64,000 bases of DNA from assembly GCA_965285935.1 (NCBI GenBank), contig OZ260662.1, positions 63,364,001 to 63,428,000 of the forward strand. Direction: 5' to 3'. Positions 14,701-29,700 of this stretch are shown here, one piece after another. The notes under the pieces were generated by a model that ran no database searches, was not told the DNA's origin, and was given only the letters and a program-made list of their open reading frames with translations. This stretch comes from Ophelia neglecta. Taxonomy: Eukaryota. Positions within the stretch are counted from its first letter, which is position 1; each line of letters begins with the position of its first letter. Position numbers and translations under genes: made by a program.

Positions 14701-17700
14701 TGATGGTGTAACGAATGTGCATTGGCCTGGCACTATGTTTACTCTAATGACATTTAATTTGTGTTTGCCAACCCCGTCACTGTCTTTTCTATTGACATCC
14801 CAGCAATTTTGATTAATGTGGCTTTTTGACACTCAGTGTGGTCAATCCCCATTTAAGGACAATGGTGGTCAGAATGGCAGGTTAGATTCAATAGGGACAT
14901 TGCTCTGCAGATTTATGATGGCTTAATTTGGTGTCTTCATTATTGGCAATAAACTGCTACGGAATGTGTCCATTCACTTAATGCAATGTAATTCTGACAA
15001 CTTGGTCCAATATGGTATTCATGTAATGATACAATTAGATGTGCACCATGCAGCAGTCGTTTGTTGGAATTATACATGTTATCGCTGGCTAAGTGTCCCC
15101 TATTATCTGAGCCGGGTACCCAGGGAGAGGATTCCCCCTAGGGAGGGTTTTACTAGATAATTTGTCACATAGATGGCTTGCTTTGATTGGCCACAGGTGA
15201 ACATTGTGCTAGATGGCACGTTTCATGGTGTTCTGGGTGTAATACATTGTTGCTACCTGTGTAACTGTCTGTTTAGGTCAGCCCTTATGTCACAACCCTC
15301 AGGGTAGTTACCCAACTGGCATATTGTTGTCACATATCACCATCGCACCATCTTATCGGAGAATCACCATTGTGGTGGGGGAGACAAGTAGCATTAAAGT
15401 CTGAATCATTGTCTGAGATAGGTAGGCGTGACCAATAGATTGTCCTTTAGGGGGGCCTGACCAGATATAACAGTTTGCTTTAGTGATATAAGGCCCACTT
15501 GTATTGTGGTTGGAGATCCCCAAGTGCCCTCCTTTGGGGTGCTTAGCAGGGCATGTGCTGGTCTCCCCTCTGCTACACAGGTGCCAACGTTTGTCCCATT
15601 TGGTATTAAACCTAACAATTTAATTAGTGGAGACTGTCACCTCTCCTGATGATGGAACCTGACTGTGAACACACATTGGGTAATCAGAAATTGCTAGTAA
15701 AAGAAACTCCAACTGTGAGTGTGATTCATTGATTAAATTTGGAGACATTTAGCTGTGGAGTCAGTGCTAATCATGGCTAGGTCAGCTGGTAAGGGGACAA
15801 TACTCTATCTGAGGTGTGACTGCTATTGTCTTTAACCAAGACAGTGTGGCAAAAACTAACAGCTCTAGACCCAAAGTGTGAAGTATTCCTCAATAAAATA
15901 ACATGTCACCCATCCATAAGTGCATGGTCTCATTGAGCAGGAATTGAAATGAAAAATGGGGCATGGCATAGACTGATGACTGTATACTAGAACTTTAAAG
16001 AAACAAGCAGCTGCTGACAGCTGAACATTCAGATTGTAATCAGCAATCCAAGGGAAGGTGCTAGAAATGAATATCTAGTTCCAGCACACTCTTCGATAAA
16101 TGGTTGGGAATGTAGGTAAACAAATTATTCTGATCCCCAGTATGTTTCATCCCATGGTAAATATGGCCAGTTCTTTCCAAAGACTCATTACTATTTGATA
16201 CTTTCGTTCTCACCTTTGATTATAGCCAATAATTGCTTGCAAATAATCATTATTTATCAGTCAAACAACTTGTTCTTTGTGTGTAGATGCTGAGCCATCT
16301 CAAAGCACCGTTTAATGGTTCCAAGGAACTTTTCTTGGCATTGAAATTGACATCTGAGTAATGTATCAAATGAACAATTCCAATGATGAACAATTTGTGA
16401 TGGAGGGAAAGTCACAGAGGTATTAGATGGGATTAACTTCAATCATGTTCAGGTGGGGTAAATAAAGCTGGGGCATTTGTGGTATTGTCCGGAGAGAGTA
16501 ATGATATTTAAAGTATTATTTTCCCCAACAGTCAAGGAGAATTAGGAGGGACTTTGATGTGGGTAATCTGCTGTTAATAGCATGATTCGAAGCAAAAAGC
16601 CCCCAGCCTTCACCCTATTTGATTCAGTGCACTGGTAATGCACATTGTCTTCTTGGAGTTCAATTGAGTCAAAGGTTTTAATCACCGGTTGTGGACCTAA
16701 GGCAGGTCAATACAATATGCTCTCCTCAATGGTTGAGAGCCACAGACTTTGTCTGTTGGACCAAGAGTCTGCCCACCATTCTGTCTTTCCTCCATTTAGA
16801 ACATCTTTTGTATTGGTTGGCGGTGAGCGTCAAATAATCTCCTGCCATTGAATTCCTGCCAATATCCTCTGCACGGATGTTTCTGTGACTTTCAATCAGG
16901 AATAGATTTGATAGGTAGGTGGTCAAATTGAAAAGGTTTCTATCACACTTAGTACCAATCACGGTGTTCAATAAAATCTGCTGATGGACTCTGGAGATGG
17001 TGACAAATGGAATCTTTGTAGTTAGGTTTTAATGTGATGGGACACGAGAGTTCAGTCAGGCTTTGTATCTCTTCACTCAGCTCGTAGAACAATCCTACCT
17101 GGAAGGTGTTCTGGCTGGAGTGTCCCACCTGACAGGAACTAGTGGCCCCACTCGACTGGACTCTCCCCTACAATGACAACTAACAGCTCAACTGAGCCCT
17201 CGACCAGCTGGTCCAGAATCAGGGCTTTCTGCTGCCATTTTGTCTGACCGGTCAGTTTAGTAGTAAACTGCAATACTCTAGTCTATGACTAGTCTGACAA
17301 AATTATCTCGCCATTTTCTTTTGGGAGGATAATATTGTAGATAAGCATAGGAGACAAATTAATATGAGCTAGAGAGTGGAGTGAGCAAGGTGAGAGGACT
17401 GTGTGAGCAGAGTACTCAGGCAGGCACACTTGAACTGGGGGAAGCAAAAGCACAGCCTCAGAGATGTCACCTTGCCTACAGCGGGGCAAAGTCCCCAAGT
17501 GATGTCACAGGCTGACACCACATCTCTCACACACACCTTTGTACTCTAACTACCATCTTCTGCCTGTAGGAACCAAGGTAAGAAAGCAAATGTCTAATTA
17601 TTCAAAAACATTCTCAAGATTAATTATGATGTTTCATGGCAAGATTATTGTTTTCTGTTCTATTAATTTGCATGCCATAATATCGGTAATAAATGTTGTG

Positions 17701-20700
17701 TGAATCGCTCCGGCACATGTAAATCATGCAGATTAGCCCATGATGCTTTCCATTTTCATGATGTGCACACTTTGTTCTGAAAGTATGATCTGATCTATGG
17801 AACTGATTGATTCTATCATCCTATATTGATCTCCTCATTGAGGATGTTCCAGGCCTTGACCAGGTTTTCTATGCAGATGTACTTCCTCCAGAACCCATAA
17901 CCCTACTCAGCCATGACTGCATGCACAGGATGTTCAAAGCAGACATAAAATGATTCATCATAGTTTCCGCACTCCTTGGGAAATTTATTGAAAGCGCTTT
18001 CTCTGCATTGATAAATAAACATGATATTTGAATTTTTCTGCCTTGATGCATTATGCATGATGGTTAATGTTGTGTAGAAGTTGTCTAAAAGTTATCCAGG
18101 TGGATACAAGCCTATGAACAAGATGTCCAAACTGCTGCCCTTCCCAGGGATCCATCTATGATAAAGATGTACCTTTAACACAGTCATTTTCAATTCTCTT
18201 CGATTCATGCACACAATTTCCATAAAGAGTAGATCAGATAGGGTTTTCTGCACAGGGGGTGAATTGATAAACACAGAATGATGAAGTCTCCGGATAATAA
18301 ATTGCAGCATTAGTATGTGGGATGGAGCCAGCTGATGAGAGAGCAGTGATCTTCTCGTGTGGGTAGATTTTCCATCGGCTGCGATGAAGCCTTACCCTGT
18401 ATTTTTGCATGCACTGTTTATTACAGAATGGGACATGTACATACTTTTGTAATGTCATAAGGATGTAGAGAATTATATTTTTGTAAGTATGCAGACACAT
18501 GCCATGTAATTAAATATAGTTTAATCTACAGCTTTGTAACTTGACTTTATTCAGTTGGGAACCGTACGAAGGATTGCGCCTGACAGCCAAATGAGGCTTT
18601 ATCCATCGCATGCCCAGGATCCTTTTCCTGAATTTTGCTTTGGACCAGTGATTAAAAGCCATGAAAAACGGGCAAAAAAGCGGATGGTTGAAATGGTCTC
18701 TAGACATGGAAAGATGGTGTGTTTGTAGGAAATAGTGTCCAGAACAGATGGATTGTGGTTCCTTGATGGCAGTTTTTAAATCAACCCATCCCCTTTACAC
18801 TTTGCCCAGTGCATAAGTAATGAAGGCTTACAGTAATAGGATGTTTAAAACTTGGCAACTGCATCTCCTGTTAGCTGTCAGTAATTAGAAAAAAACATAA
18901 TCTGTGCCAAGAAAGGGACTTCCAAATTTGCCTTGATGAAGGCATTGCATTCAGGGGCTTTAATTTCCTATTACTCCAGGACCTTTGTTAGATGAAGAAA
19001 AAATAGCTCTATCAAAGACATGAAGTTAGAATAGGAAGCTCCCATGAATTCTTCACGTTGCACATTAGGAAAAAAAGGCTTGATTTATCTCGTTATGCTG
19101 TGTTTAGGAATCATTATGTTAATTATCTTTTCATTAAACAATCCATATCTGCTTCTGTTTTGGCACAATGACATGATGATTGGTGCTTTTAAAACCATTC
19201 TACACCCTGAACGCAGAGTGGATCGCATCTACAGAGTATGGCCAGTGAATTTATCACTTTGTACTAGACACTGACATAATGGAAGTCTGAATAAAAGTCT
19301 GTGTCCACATGACACAAAAGGTAAGGACCATATGAAATTGTGACAAGTTGTAATGACAAAACTCTGGCCATAATTATTAATGACAGAAACAGCATGGTTC
19401 CAAAGGCTGCATATTTAGTAATGTGTCAGTTAGGTTTTCAATGTGGCCGTTGGTGGGCACACTTGGGGTTGTAGGATTAATTACAGAGGTGCTGAGACTG
19501 GGGTCAAAGTTCAGAGGGTTTAACAAGGAGGGATGCTCAGAAGGGGCGAGAAAGATGATTTGGCCAACACCTGCCCGCTGGCTGGGAAGTTAGGGCCAAT
19601 CAGGTACCATCTTCCCCACTCCCCATTGGCCAAGGAGACAGCGATCACATCTCATTGTACAGCCAGCAGGGCAGCTTGACAAGCTTTTCATTGTTCCTCC
19701 CTATCTTGAATTTAATGACGGAAGATCATGTCGAGGCTGGAGTAAGATGAGCCTGATTTGCTAGCTCAGAACACTGCAATAGTCACCCAACTGTGTGCTG
19801 TCTTTTGTTGGCGACAAATTAAGCAGAACCTGATAAAATTGAGTTTTTGTTGATGAGGTGGAATGAATAAAGAAATGACACTCTCTGCATGATGTATCTT
19901 TTAATGATTTCCTCTCTGGTCTATACCATACTCATATCAAGGAAACTGTCACCATGGAAACAAAGATTTGAACAAAATACATCAGTTCTTCAGCTTGAGT
20001 TGAGCAGCTGTACAGATAGACAATCTATAGAGCCAGAATGTTTTGTGGCTTTTCCCTGCAGAGCACTTTATCTCATATTGGTTTTTAAGATATCTCTCAG
20101 ACACTTTGTAGCCTCCTGCTAGAAACTTTCCAGTTCTTCAAAATAACACAAGACATCTGTATACCTGGTGAGATGATCATTGTAGAATTCATGTGCTTAA
20201 TTCAATCAGTCCATTAAGTGTTATTTGAATTAAAAATCAACTGTAGAAAAATACTCCAAAAAAACAGCCTTAAACACTGAAATAAGGAGATAATGATACA
20301 TAAGACTTATTTTCACTTTTTCATTTAATGCACTCACCTGCAGCACAGTTTTCATTGAGTCTAACCACTCACTCTCATTTCCGTTTTTCACCAGTATTAT
20401 TTACATGGTAGTTTTATCCAATTAAATATTTATTTTCATTGCATCTTTTTTACAGTTTCAATGTAGCACTCTTGCATTTTACATGCAAGGTTTGAGGGAA
20501 AACGGTGTGTAAATTTGATGGTCGTTGGCACCAGTCCAAGGTGTGTGGTGTTACATTTGTACCACAAATGTTGAAAAAAGCAGAAATAAGGATAAGCTGA
20601 TGTTATAAATATGTGACCTATAAATAAGTTAATTGTAAGCCATTTTGTAACATAAATAGATTTTGTGTGATCGGCAGTAATACTTTTTCTGGGAAGAATA

Positions 20701-23700
20701 TATACAAAGTATGGATGTATTTTGTTGTGCGAATACCATTCCTTAACAACACCATATCCGACACCTACCATACTTCCTAGGAGCACATTGATGATAAAAT
20801 TATTTGACAAGTAAATTAGGTTTCTGTTTATTTCATTTTTGAATGTTTAGTCTTTATCTGAATAAAATGCCTGACAATATAATTGACATAATAAGAAAAT
20901 CGACAAAGATTTTTCTGTAAATTTAAATCTGATGTTCCAGTCATTGTTGTAGGAGATGTTGAGATAACAGATGACAATTTCTATGACAATACGGTCCCCC
21001 AGCCTGCTAAATCCCTCCCGGAAAGCCGCAACAGTTGTTTTGAATGGCTGATACATCTATCAATGCCTGGGCTCTTTATTGGCATGATTTATATAAGCTG
21101 TGAGTTTGTGGGGGCCAAGCGCACAGCCGTCCTGACAATACACTCACAGGGGGACAATATGATTCCTCCTGGAACAAGGCAGATTCCTTAGTGATTCTCT
21201 GGCAGTTTAATTTTCCCTAGCCCCATTGACAACTTTGCATTGATTTTTATGGTTTTCAGCTTGTGCAAGCAAGATAAAAGAGCATGTCTCACTTGGCTTA
21301 GCACAGCAGATAGCATCTTGTCTGATTTCTAACAATCAGCTTATACTTAATGAACAACCACTGATACATCTTCTTTAATTACATTTTTCATACAGATGAA
21401 AGTGTGCTTGTATATATTCCCATGTGACTTGTGGCAACCCTCCAGCAAAGTCTGTCTTTGTTTCTAACTATTGTGGTGACTTTTAATTTGAGAGGAATTT
21501 AGGGTGTGATATACTCATATTCTACATCTTCAAAGGCAATTTAAACTATTTAGCTTGAAATTTATGTGTATTTTCATATTGATGTGTAAATTCATGATTT
21601 TCAGACAATTAACATAATAGTTATGATAATCGCAAGTATAATAGTTTTGTGAAGCATTTTATGGAAACTGTGAAAGCCACGAAATCAGGTAGGAACAAGC
21701 AGGCTTCTCCAGTTGTCTGGGTCCTTACTTCCAGTGATAAACTAGCTGTGAAAGCTGCTTGTAGACTGAGGCTTTTCTGCCAATTAAAGGGTTTACCACA
21801 AGTGGCAAAATGTGGGAGACAGCCTAGGTGGTTTGGGAGTAGGAATTGTGTTAATAATTAACTTGTCTGTTAAACTGTCTGCTTGAATGTTTAGGCTAAA
21901 TCAGAGGTAAGGATACATGTATTTAATTGAAGTCCAATACAGGCTTGAACAAGTATTAAATTCACTATTGTTTGTGAGTGCAGATTGAAGTAAGCATTTC
22001 TATGGGTAGTTGTTAAGTTGCATCTCTGGGGCCCAGTCAATCCTCAGAGCCGAAAACACACTGTTAAGTGGAGAAAGCTTCTCCCAGCTGATTGACCAAT
22101 CACAGCTCAGTCAGTCAAAGATAGCAAGCTTCTGGTGTCTGCCCAGCTGATAGGGCCGAGAACTTTGACAGTGTCTCACTTGGGCTTCAGCAATCACCAG
22201 TATTCTCTCAGTGGTCCCTGACGGACACAAACATTTAGACTCCACATTCTGTTACAGGGCAGTTTTTCCTTTCTTACACAAACACTGTTAGGATTTAACA
22301 TTTGGCACATCTTTGCTGAGGACTGGCTTGAAATTCTGTGTTCTGCGTGCACACATTGAGTGGCACTTAGTGCCTATTGCAGTAAGCTGGTAGACTTTAG
22401 TACAGATCAGTTAGGCGTACTCCAAGCAGGTGGCAGCAGTGTATGGAGTTAAGTTGTTAGCTGGTTTGGACAGAGTCCCCTGTGGTCTGTCTGATGTCGA
22501 CCACTTGTTAGGGAGGCGCTGTGCTGTGCAGACACACTGTATCACTGTCTTCTCATCTACCCATCATATACTTCCCATCACATGGACTATTTATCTCGGA
22601 CTTCAACGGAAAATGTTAGGATGTTTTAATGTGGAGGAACATTTCTTGACGGGTATTTACTCATTTGTTCTTTTTTAACTTCAGTTCTGAAATGTTGTTA
22701 GATGTCTGTTTATAGCCATTGTCTGTATCAACGAGTTAATGATTCAAAATTGACACTTTCTATACTTAAAATGAAGTCTCCATGGTTTTTTTAAAAGATG
22801 AAAGACAGATTTTATTTCTCTATATTAATTGTTTCTCTACTCGAGGAGTTCAAAGCATGTCGGTATATGTGATGCCAAAGAATTAGGCATACCTATATTG
22901 TTCTTTCATTTCAATTGGAACTGCTCTCTTTGAAGTTGTGCCGTCTCTTTTGGTGATGTTATGAATATTCTACTAGCTTACGTTACACCAAATTCATCAA
23001 ATTCTTTCTCTCCTCTTTTTATGATACATTTTTCTTAATTATCAGTGGTACCTTGGCCAGTATGTTGGATTCCTAGGAATTCTTTGGATATTACCTCCTC
23101 TGTGACTGTTGACTCTGTCACTGGAGCCTTGTCTAATTGTTACTGTAATTTCCAATGTTTGTCTTTCAGTTTAATTTGTTTGCAATAAAAATTAGATTGG
23201 CCCACATTGAATTTATTAGTTGAACTGACAGTCTGATAGAGACATTCTTTCTAAAAATCAATTGTTGATAGTTTAGGCACTGAACAATTTGAATTTCACT
23301 TTTGTCTTGTTTGAATTGTTCATCAATATGCTGAATTAACCAATTGATCACATTAAACAAAGAATGACAGGGGATAATAATGGCAGAGGATTAAGTCCAT
23401 TGTTTCCCACCCTGTTATACGTATAAAAATTAGATATTTTATGTACAGTAAATCTTAGAATTGACAGAGAGATGTGACACTAAACTGTCAATAATTGCTT
23501 CCTTGTAGACCTGTATCTATCTACCGTTTGTTGTCATACATACAGTTGATTGATATTGAAATGCTGTTCATACATGTTGACCCTTACCTGATGGTTTGTA
23601 GAGGCTTGTATTTGGAGAAATTGCCAACATATACATGTACATACATGTACATGTACATGTATGTACTAGATATGTAAATATAGTTATGTTTGTCAATATG

Positions 23701-26700
23701 ACTCTACTGTTTAAGTTATTTTATTATATAAATTGCTGATGAGTTTTTGTTTTTTGATTTCAGAAGAGCGCCAGTACCCATGTGGCAAGTGTGGTGAAGT
23801 TTTCCGTTCCAAGGTGGCATTGAGACGACACGAAACTTACGTCTGCAACAACTCCAATGCTATTTTCTCGCAATTAAATCGAGACTTCCTTGAATCGACC
23901 AGCCAGCAAGCTGCTGAGAATAACCCAGAGAAGAAAGGGGATAGGTAAGTTCTATAAACTGTTAGTTTAGGAGGAATCAAAGAAACGAAATTATTGTCCC
24001 TAATAACTGGATGAATCTGGTTTGTTACTCAGCTAGATGCTGTAGTCTTAGGGGATTAGGTTGTTAATTATACATTTAGTTAATTGATTCAGCGTAGATT
24101 TTGTATCACCTTGACAACGGTAAAGGTATACCTGATCACACTAACCAATTCATTGTGGCTGCAGAAAGTTTATCGTAGGATCCTGATTGATTTTGACAAA
24201 CCCAATCCCAGCAATTTGCTGATAAAGGCCACAGCGGGTTGACTGGTGCTTGCCAGGGATTGGCCGTGATTGGGATTTGTCCTGTTTCCCTGACCCATGG
24301 CCACAGTCACTCTCAACAGTCAGATATGGTGCAGACGTCTATTAGACTCCATGGCTGGGGTCAAGTCATACCCCATTAACATCTCTCACTTCCTCAACTC
24401 TCCCTGACACTCCTTGTCAGGCTTAACACTTTATTTTGCTTGCCAACATATAACAGACAGTCATGATAGCCCCTGATTTAACCCCCCTCCCTCTCCTCCC
24501 CCCCCCCCCCTAAAAAGGGAAACAGCTTACATTGAAGCTTTTGATAACTGCAGTTTTCAAACAGATTAGTGATTGATTGAGTGTGTGTGACTGATAATAT
24601 TACAAAGGTCTGCATGCAAACATTTGTGTATCTTTCACATATGATTTTTTCCTCAATTTCTGAACAAAACTTATCTCTTGGGGTCTTCCTCCATCTGCTT
24701 CTGATGTCCCCCTTTTCGCTCACAGTTTTTGCTCGATGGCTCTCACATTTCAATCAATTCTCTGAATAACCCCATTGTTTGCACTTACAAAGTTTCTGTG
24801 AAATATTAAGATGACTGTTTGTGGCTGAAGTGCTCCCCCACCTGCCTTGCTTAATAAGGCCCTGCAGAGCTTTGAAGACAATTGCAGAAATCTAATTTAT
24901 TTTAAATGTTTGCAAAGCGGAGCACTTATCTTTGCCAGTGGCAGTACAACAGTTCACATCAGTGTGTGGTGAACGTTGGCATTTGAAAAAGAAACTGAAT
25001 TACAAATGTGCATCATTCATAGACAGAGGTCCATTCTGGCAGTTTTTTCTTTTGTTTGAATATCCTGATGCTCAGATCTGTCAATGAAACATTGTTCTTC
25101 CATTTCACACCATGACTGATGTAGTTTGGGTGATAATCAGACATAACGGAAGGGTGGGGGTAGATAAGAGGGGCGTGTCTATTGCCCCTCTCTCCCTGCT
25201 AGTCTGACCCTAGAGCTGACCCGTTTTGCTAACAAGCCATGACAAGGGGCTTTGTTAAAAAGCTCATAAATGACCTATCAGTGTCACAACATCATCTATA
25301 CACAATCAGCGCCAGACATGAAAAACAAGAGAAATTATCTAAGATCTGAACAAATAAAATTTATTATAGAATCTGTTAAAAGGTATCCTATACCAAAGGA
25401 TCTGTCACTGAATTTGTGCAGACTTGGAATAACCTTGCTAAACACTAATGTGAGTAAACCGTCAGAATTTCGGTACAGTTCTGGCCAATTTTTGTAATAC
25501 ATTTTTTTACCTGAGTGTGATTTATTAGGTAAGTTGATTAGTTTGAGTTTGCCACATTGTCTTAGGGGTTGTATGGTGGGGCTGAAGAGGGTGGGGAAGC
25601 TCCTGTTCACTTTGACCGGCGCCACCATGTGGAACATTGTCCACAGACAGCATAGCAGCTAGGGAGTCCATCAACATTAGAATCATTGAATGAAAGTCAA
25701 AGCCAGTCATCTTACATCACCTCCTTCTCCTCCCAGTAATGTATGACTGAGCCAGTCTTTCAAGCTGAATGTAGTTGAAAGGGTTAAAGGTGTGAAGTGT
25801 ATTTAGTCTCTATTTCTTTTAAAAGAAAAGAATGAGTGATATCCCTGTGTCCTACCTGGGATGTCCCCATATACATACTGTATAGGATTGTGACCATATA
25901 ATATGAGGCAATAAGGGTGGGGGGGGGGGGTTGGCTTCGGTCATGGTCGTGAAGCAGCATTATGAGGTACAGGCCCCGTGCTTCGTGCGGCCAGAAGTGC
26001 TAGATTGTCACACTTGAGCCAGCTCTGATGCTGCCTACCTGGTTGTTAATTACAAGCATTGTTGTCTTTTGATTGTCGCTCTGTGGCAGACCACCTCTCC
26101 CACGCTGACTTCAAGGTAAACACACTCCTCCCTCATAATACCATTGTTTATGGTTAATTGATATTGATGCCTCCCTTCACGGAGAAAGCGTGCTACCTTC
26201 ATTTCTCACCCGAGCCAATGTCGGCAGATCGATGGCTGAATTGTTTATCATCGCTGACGAGACATCATGGCAAATTACACTTCAATAAATTGCACATTCA
26301 GAATATAGTTTCCTTACTACAGATTGAAAAAGTGGCTCGGATATTTAATTGAGCATTCTTGGCTTATGGATGATCTAATTTGAATAATTTTCTGTGATGA
26401 TTTCAATAAACTGGGCAGAAATTGATGCAATTTCCGGAATAAATTCAATCAAATTTTCTTGATGGGTTATCGATGCACTGACTCCTCACTCTTGGTTGTA
26501 AGATAAGTTGGTTTGTGGCAATATTAATACAGCTTTATTGAATAGAAGATGTGGAAATATGGGAAAAATAAAGCCCCTCTCATTATTTACATGTACTCTG
26601 GAGCAGGTTTTGGTCACCACAATTATCAAAGCAACTTGATCTGTCCTCCAACACCAAAATTTTAAGGGTTTAATCCAAATATTTTTTTCAATTAATCAGT

Positions 26701-29700
26701 GTAATGGAACACCCTGGACAACAATTTCAAAAATAGAACATTGTTGCGAGCTTGTGCCCGATGATGAGCATTTTGTTGCAGGCGGCGTTGTGAATGGGAG
26801 GATCGCATGTTAGGAGCATTTCAGTTATGACGTGGAGCAGATGCATTTCATGATGATGGGTTAACGCAAGCATATATCACAGGGCCGTGAAATCCCTGAC
26901 TGTGACTGCTCACAATTATCATAAAAATGTACCCTAATATGGTTAAATTGTGGCAATTTTGTGCCCATGAACAGATGTGAACCCTTGGTGTTTGGTTTGT
27001 CCTGACAGCGTTTAAACACCAAGCTTGTGATAACTAGGGCCCATTCATTGGTCCAACTTCAAAGGGCTCAAGGGGGGCTTGGGGAGCATTGCTGGAAACT
27101 GAAGGGGTAAATAGGAGCCAAAACAGATGTTCTTTAGGGCAATGATACCCTGCCTTGTGAACAGAGGGACAATAAAGGATGTCCATCCAAGCATGGGAAC
27201 GCTGATCAGCGCATGTTTAAAGATGATTATATGTCTTAAAACATCCGCCACCTGTTTGGATTAAAAATTGTTAAAAGATGATTGATTTAGGGACATCCTA
27301 TTGGCTGCCTGGGAGCCAAGCCGACCTATTGTTTACTAGTGATAATGGCTACTCCATAGTTTGATTTGAATTTGGTCAGAGTGGGTGGGGCCAGCAGTCT
27401 GATAAATTGTCAGCAATGACAGAACTCGTTAAGGCTCTGACAGTCATCTTCATCAAATCCTTGTTCTCCTTGACACCTCTCCCTGATTTTACATGAAATT
27501 GCCATGACGACCTCAAATGCATTTCTAGTATTTTGTGGCAGCTACATAAATAACAGTGCTATAGCATAATCAGAAATACTTTTCACTTCTATTTGCAAGT
27601 ACTATATGATCATGATGTATTTAAGTAATGTGCTACAGAAGTTGACCTGCAAACTTCATTAAAATGAACTTCCACTGGCTAATTTTGGTGTTTTAATAAT
27701 GTGAAAGGTACAAAACTGAAGTTTGATGTTGGATTTACATGAGGTTGTTTTTTACATTGAAAAGAATAAAACAATGGATACATTCTGACAGAGGCTGGGT
27801 AGCATGTGGTAACAAAGATTGCCAGGCAAAATTACTGGGCCTTGTCCAAAGCATGGCTTTATTTCAGTGTGCCACTGAAAAAACTCATTGTAATATGATC
27901 CTTATCTCTCTAAGAACATCCTTTCATAAATCATTGTTTGAGGTAATGTCTGAAATTTGGATTTTTCTGAATGTACCTAAGCTAGGTGTTCTCATCAGCC
28001 AGCCCATGACCTGGTATGTTTTGCAGACTAATTTATTGAGAGACAGATACGTTTTGAAAGCCTTCAACAATGCGCTCATGCATTGTGGGCACAAAATGAA
28101 GATGTCCCATGAGATATATTAATGAGAGCTCTTCATAAAAGGAGTAGTATTAATCATCTCAAACAGGCTACCCCCTTGAAGCATTCTTTATATAATTGTG
28201 AATTCTATTGAAATCCTCCTTTGTTGTCAAGGCCATGCTTTGCTTTTCAATTTTATTTGTCCCCTTTTCATAGCATATTTTGACTTTGCCTTGAAAGCTC
28301 TTATTTCACTGATCAAAATGGTGGTCCTGTAAATACAAAGAGGATAATGAATTCCATAGCAGATGATCAGAAGTGTCAAGACCTGTTAACAGTGATGAGG
28401 ATTGTGTTCAACAAGTTTACGGAGGATCTTAGAGTATTTGATCTATCAAGTTTGCCGGAGGGGTGATTAGTGTTTGAGACCAGGATATCAGAGTTCCCTT
28501 CCACCTTATTTGGCATGCTCAGTTAGCTGGTCATAATAAGAATCTGTCTAGCTATCTTGTCATGCAGGGCCCTCCTTTGTAGTGACATGATGTAGCGGTT
28601 ACCAGTCCGGTTACCAGTCCGGTTACCAGTCTGCTGGTGGTGGTGGTGGTTTCCTACTAAATGAACCTCATATCTCGTAGACTACTCTGTGCTGGAGTCT
28701 GAACTACCTTCCTATTCATATATCTATATAACTTACCTTAACCAGAGATAAATTTATACATTTATGTGTAAATGTCGTAGGAGTTGCGGAGGACATTGAC
28801 TTTACCAGTATTTACATCTGCATGTACTTAGGCATTTAATTGGAAAACTGCATGTGCCATAAAATAAATGTTGGAAGAGGGTTTGTTTAGAATTTCTATT
28901 CAGATTATATTTTAAACCTAAGATGAAAAACTACATAGTTGTGTTAGGGGTTAATCTTAAAGTATACGATTTGCCATACAAATCAGGCTGACCAGCAATA
29001 AATGAAAGGTTAAAAACACAGTTTTACAGTATATGGAATTGAATGCTTGTGTTTTAATTTCTCTCTATATGACTCGACAAATCCATAAATTGTCCTCACT
29101 TTAAAGAAGTGCACTATTACGGTATATGTGTACATATACTTGTGTATGAATTTGACAAGCAAGTCATTCAGCCAGACCCCACTGAGGTTTGATTCAGCCA
29201 TTTACAGGTAAACATCAAGTTACAAATGAATCATATAAAATTTAATCAATTAACTGAAGCTATCTTGGGAAAATGTTTTAAGAAGCAAGTATCGCATGCG
29301 ATTGGCAATACACCCACGCTTTCTTAGTAGTATCAGTTGTTAAGTAGATAGTAAACGGATAAGGTATTATTTGGTGATTTACCGTGCTAATTATTTTGGA
29401 CATCTTTTATTGAAGTTCAGGCATATGTCATACTTGTGTGAACACAGGTGACAGACTAGTGAATCATATTATGTAAAGCCAAATAGACATCTTTGTTTCT
29501 TGGATATAGTCAATGTAGCTTAAATGATTCCATGGAGATTAGGTGTGTCAGCCCTGTGTGGTTAGGGGGTATTCAGGGAGAGATTTTCCATGTCTGATTT
29601 AGTCTGGCACCACCCTTATCTGTGGCTTTTAAGGCAGGAATTCTGTTTGTTTGTGAATCCCATCTCCATTCTCATGTCTGGAGAACTCTATACAGGTTAG

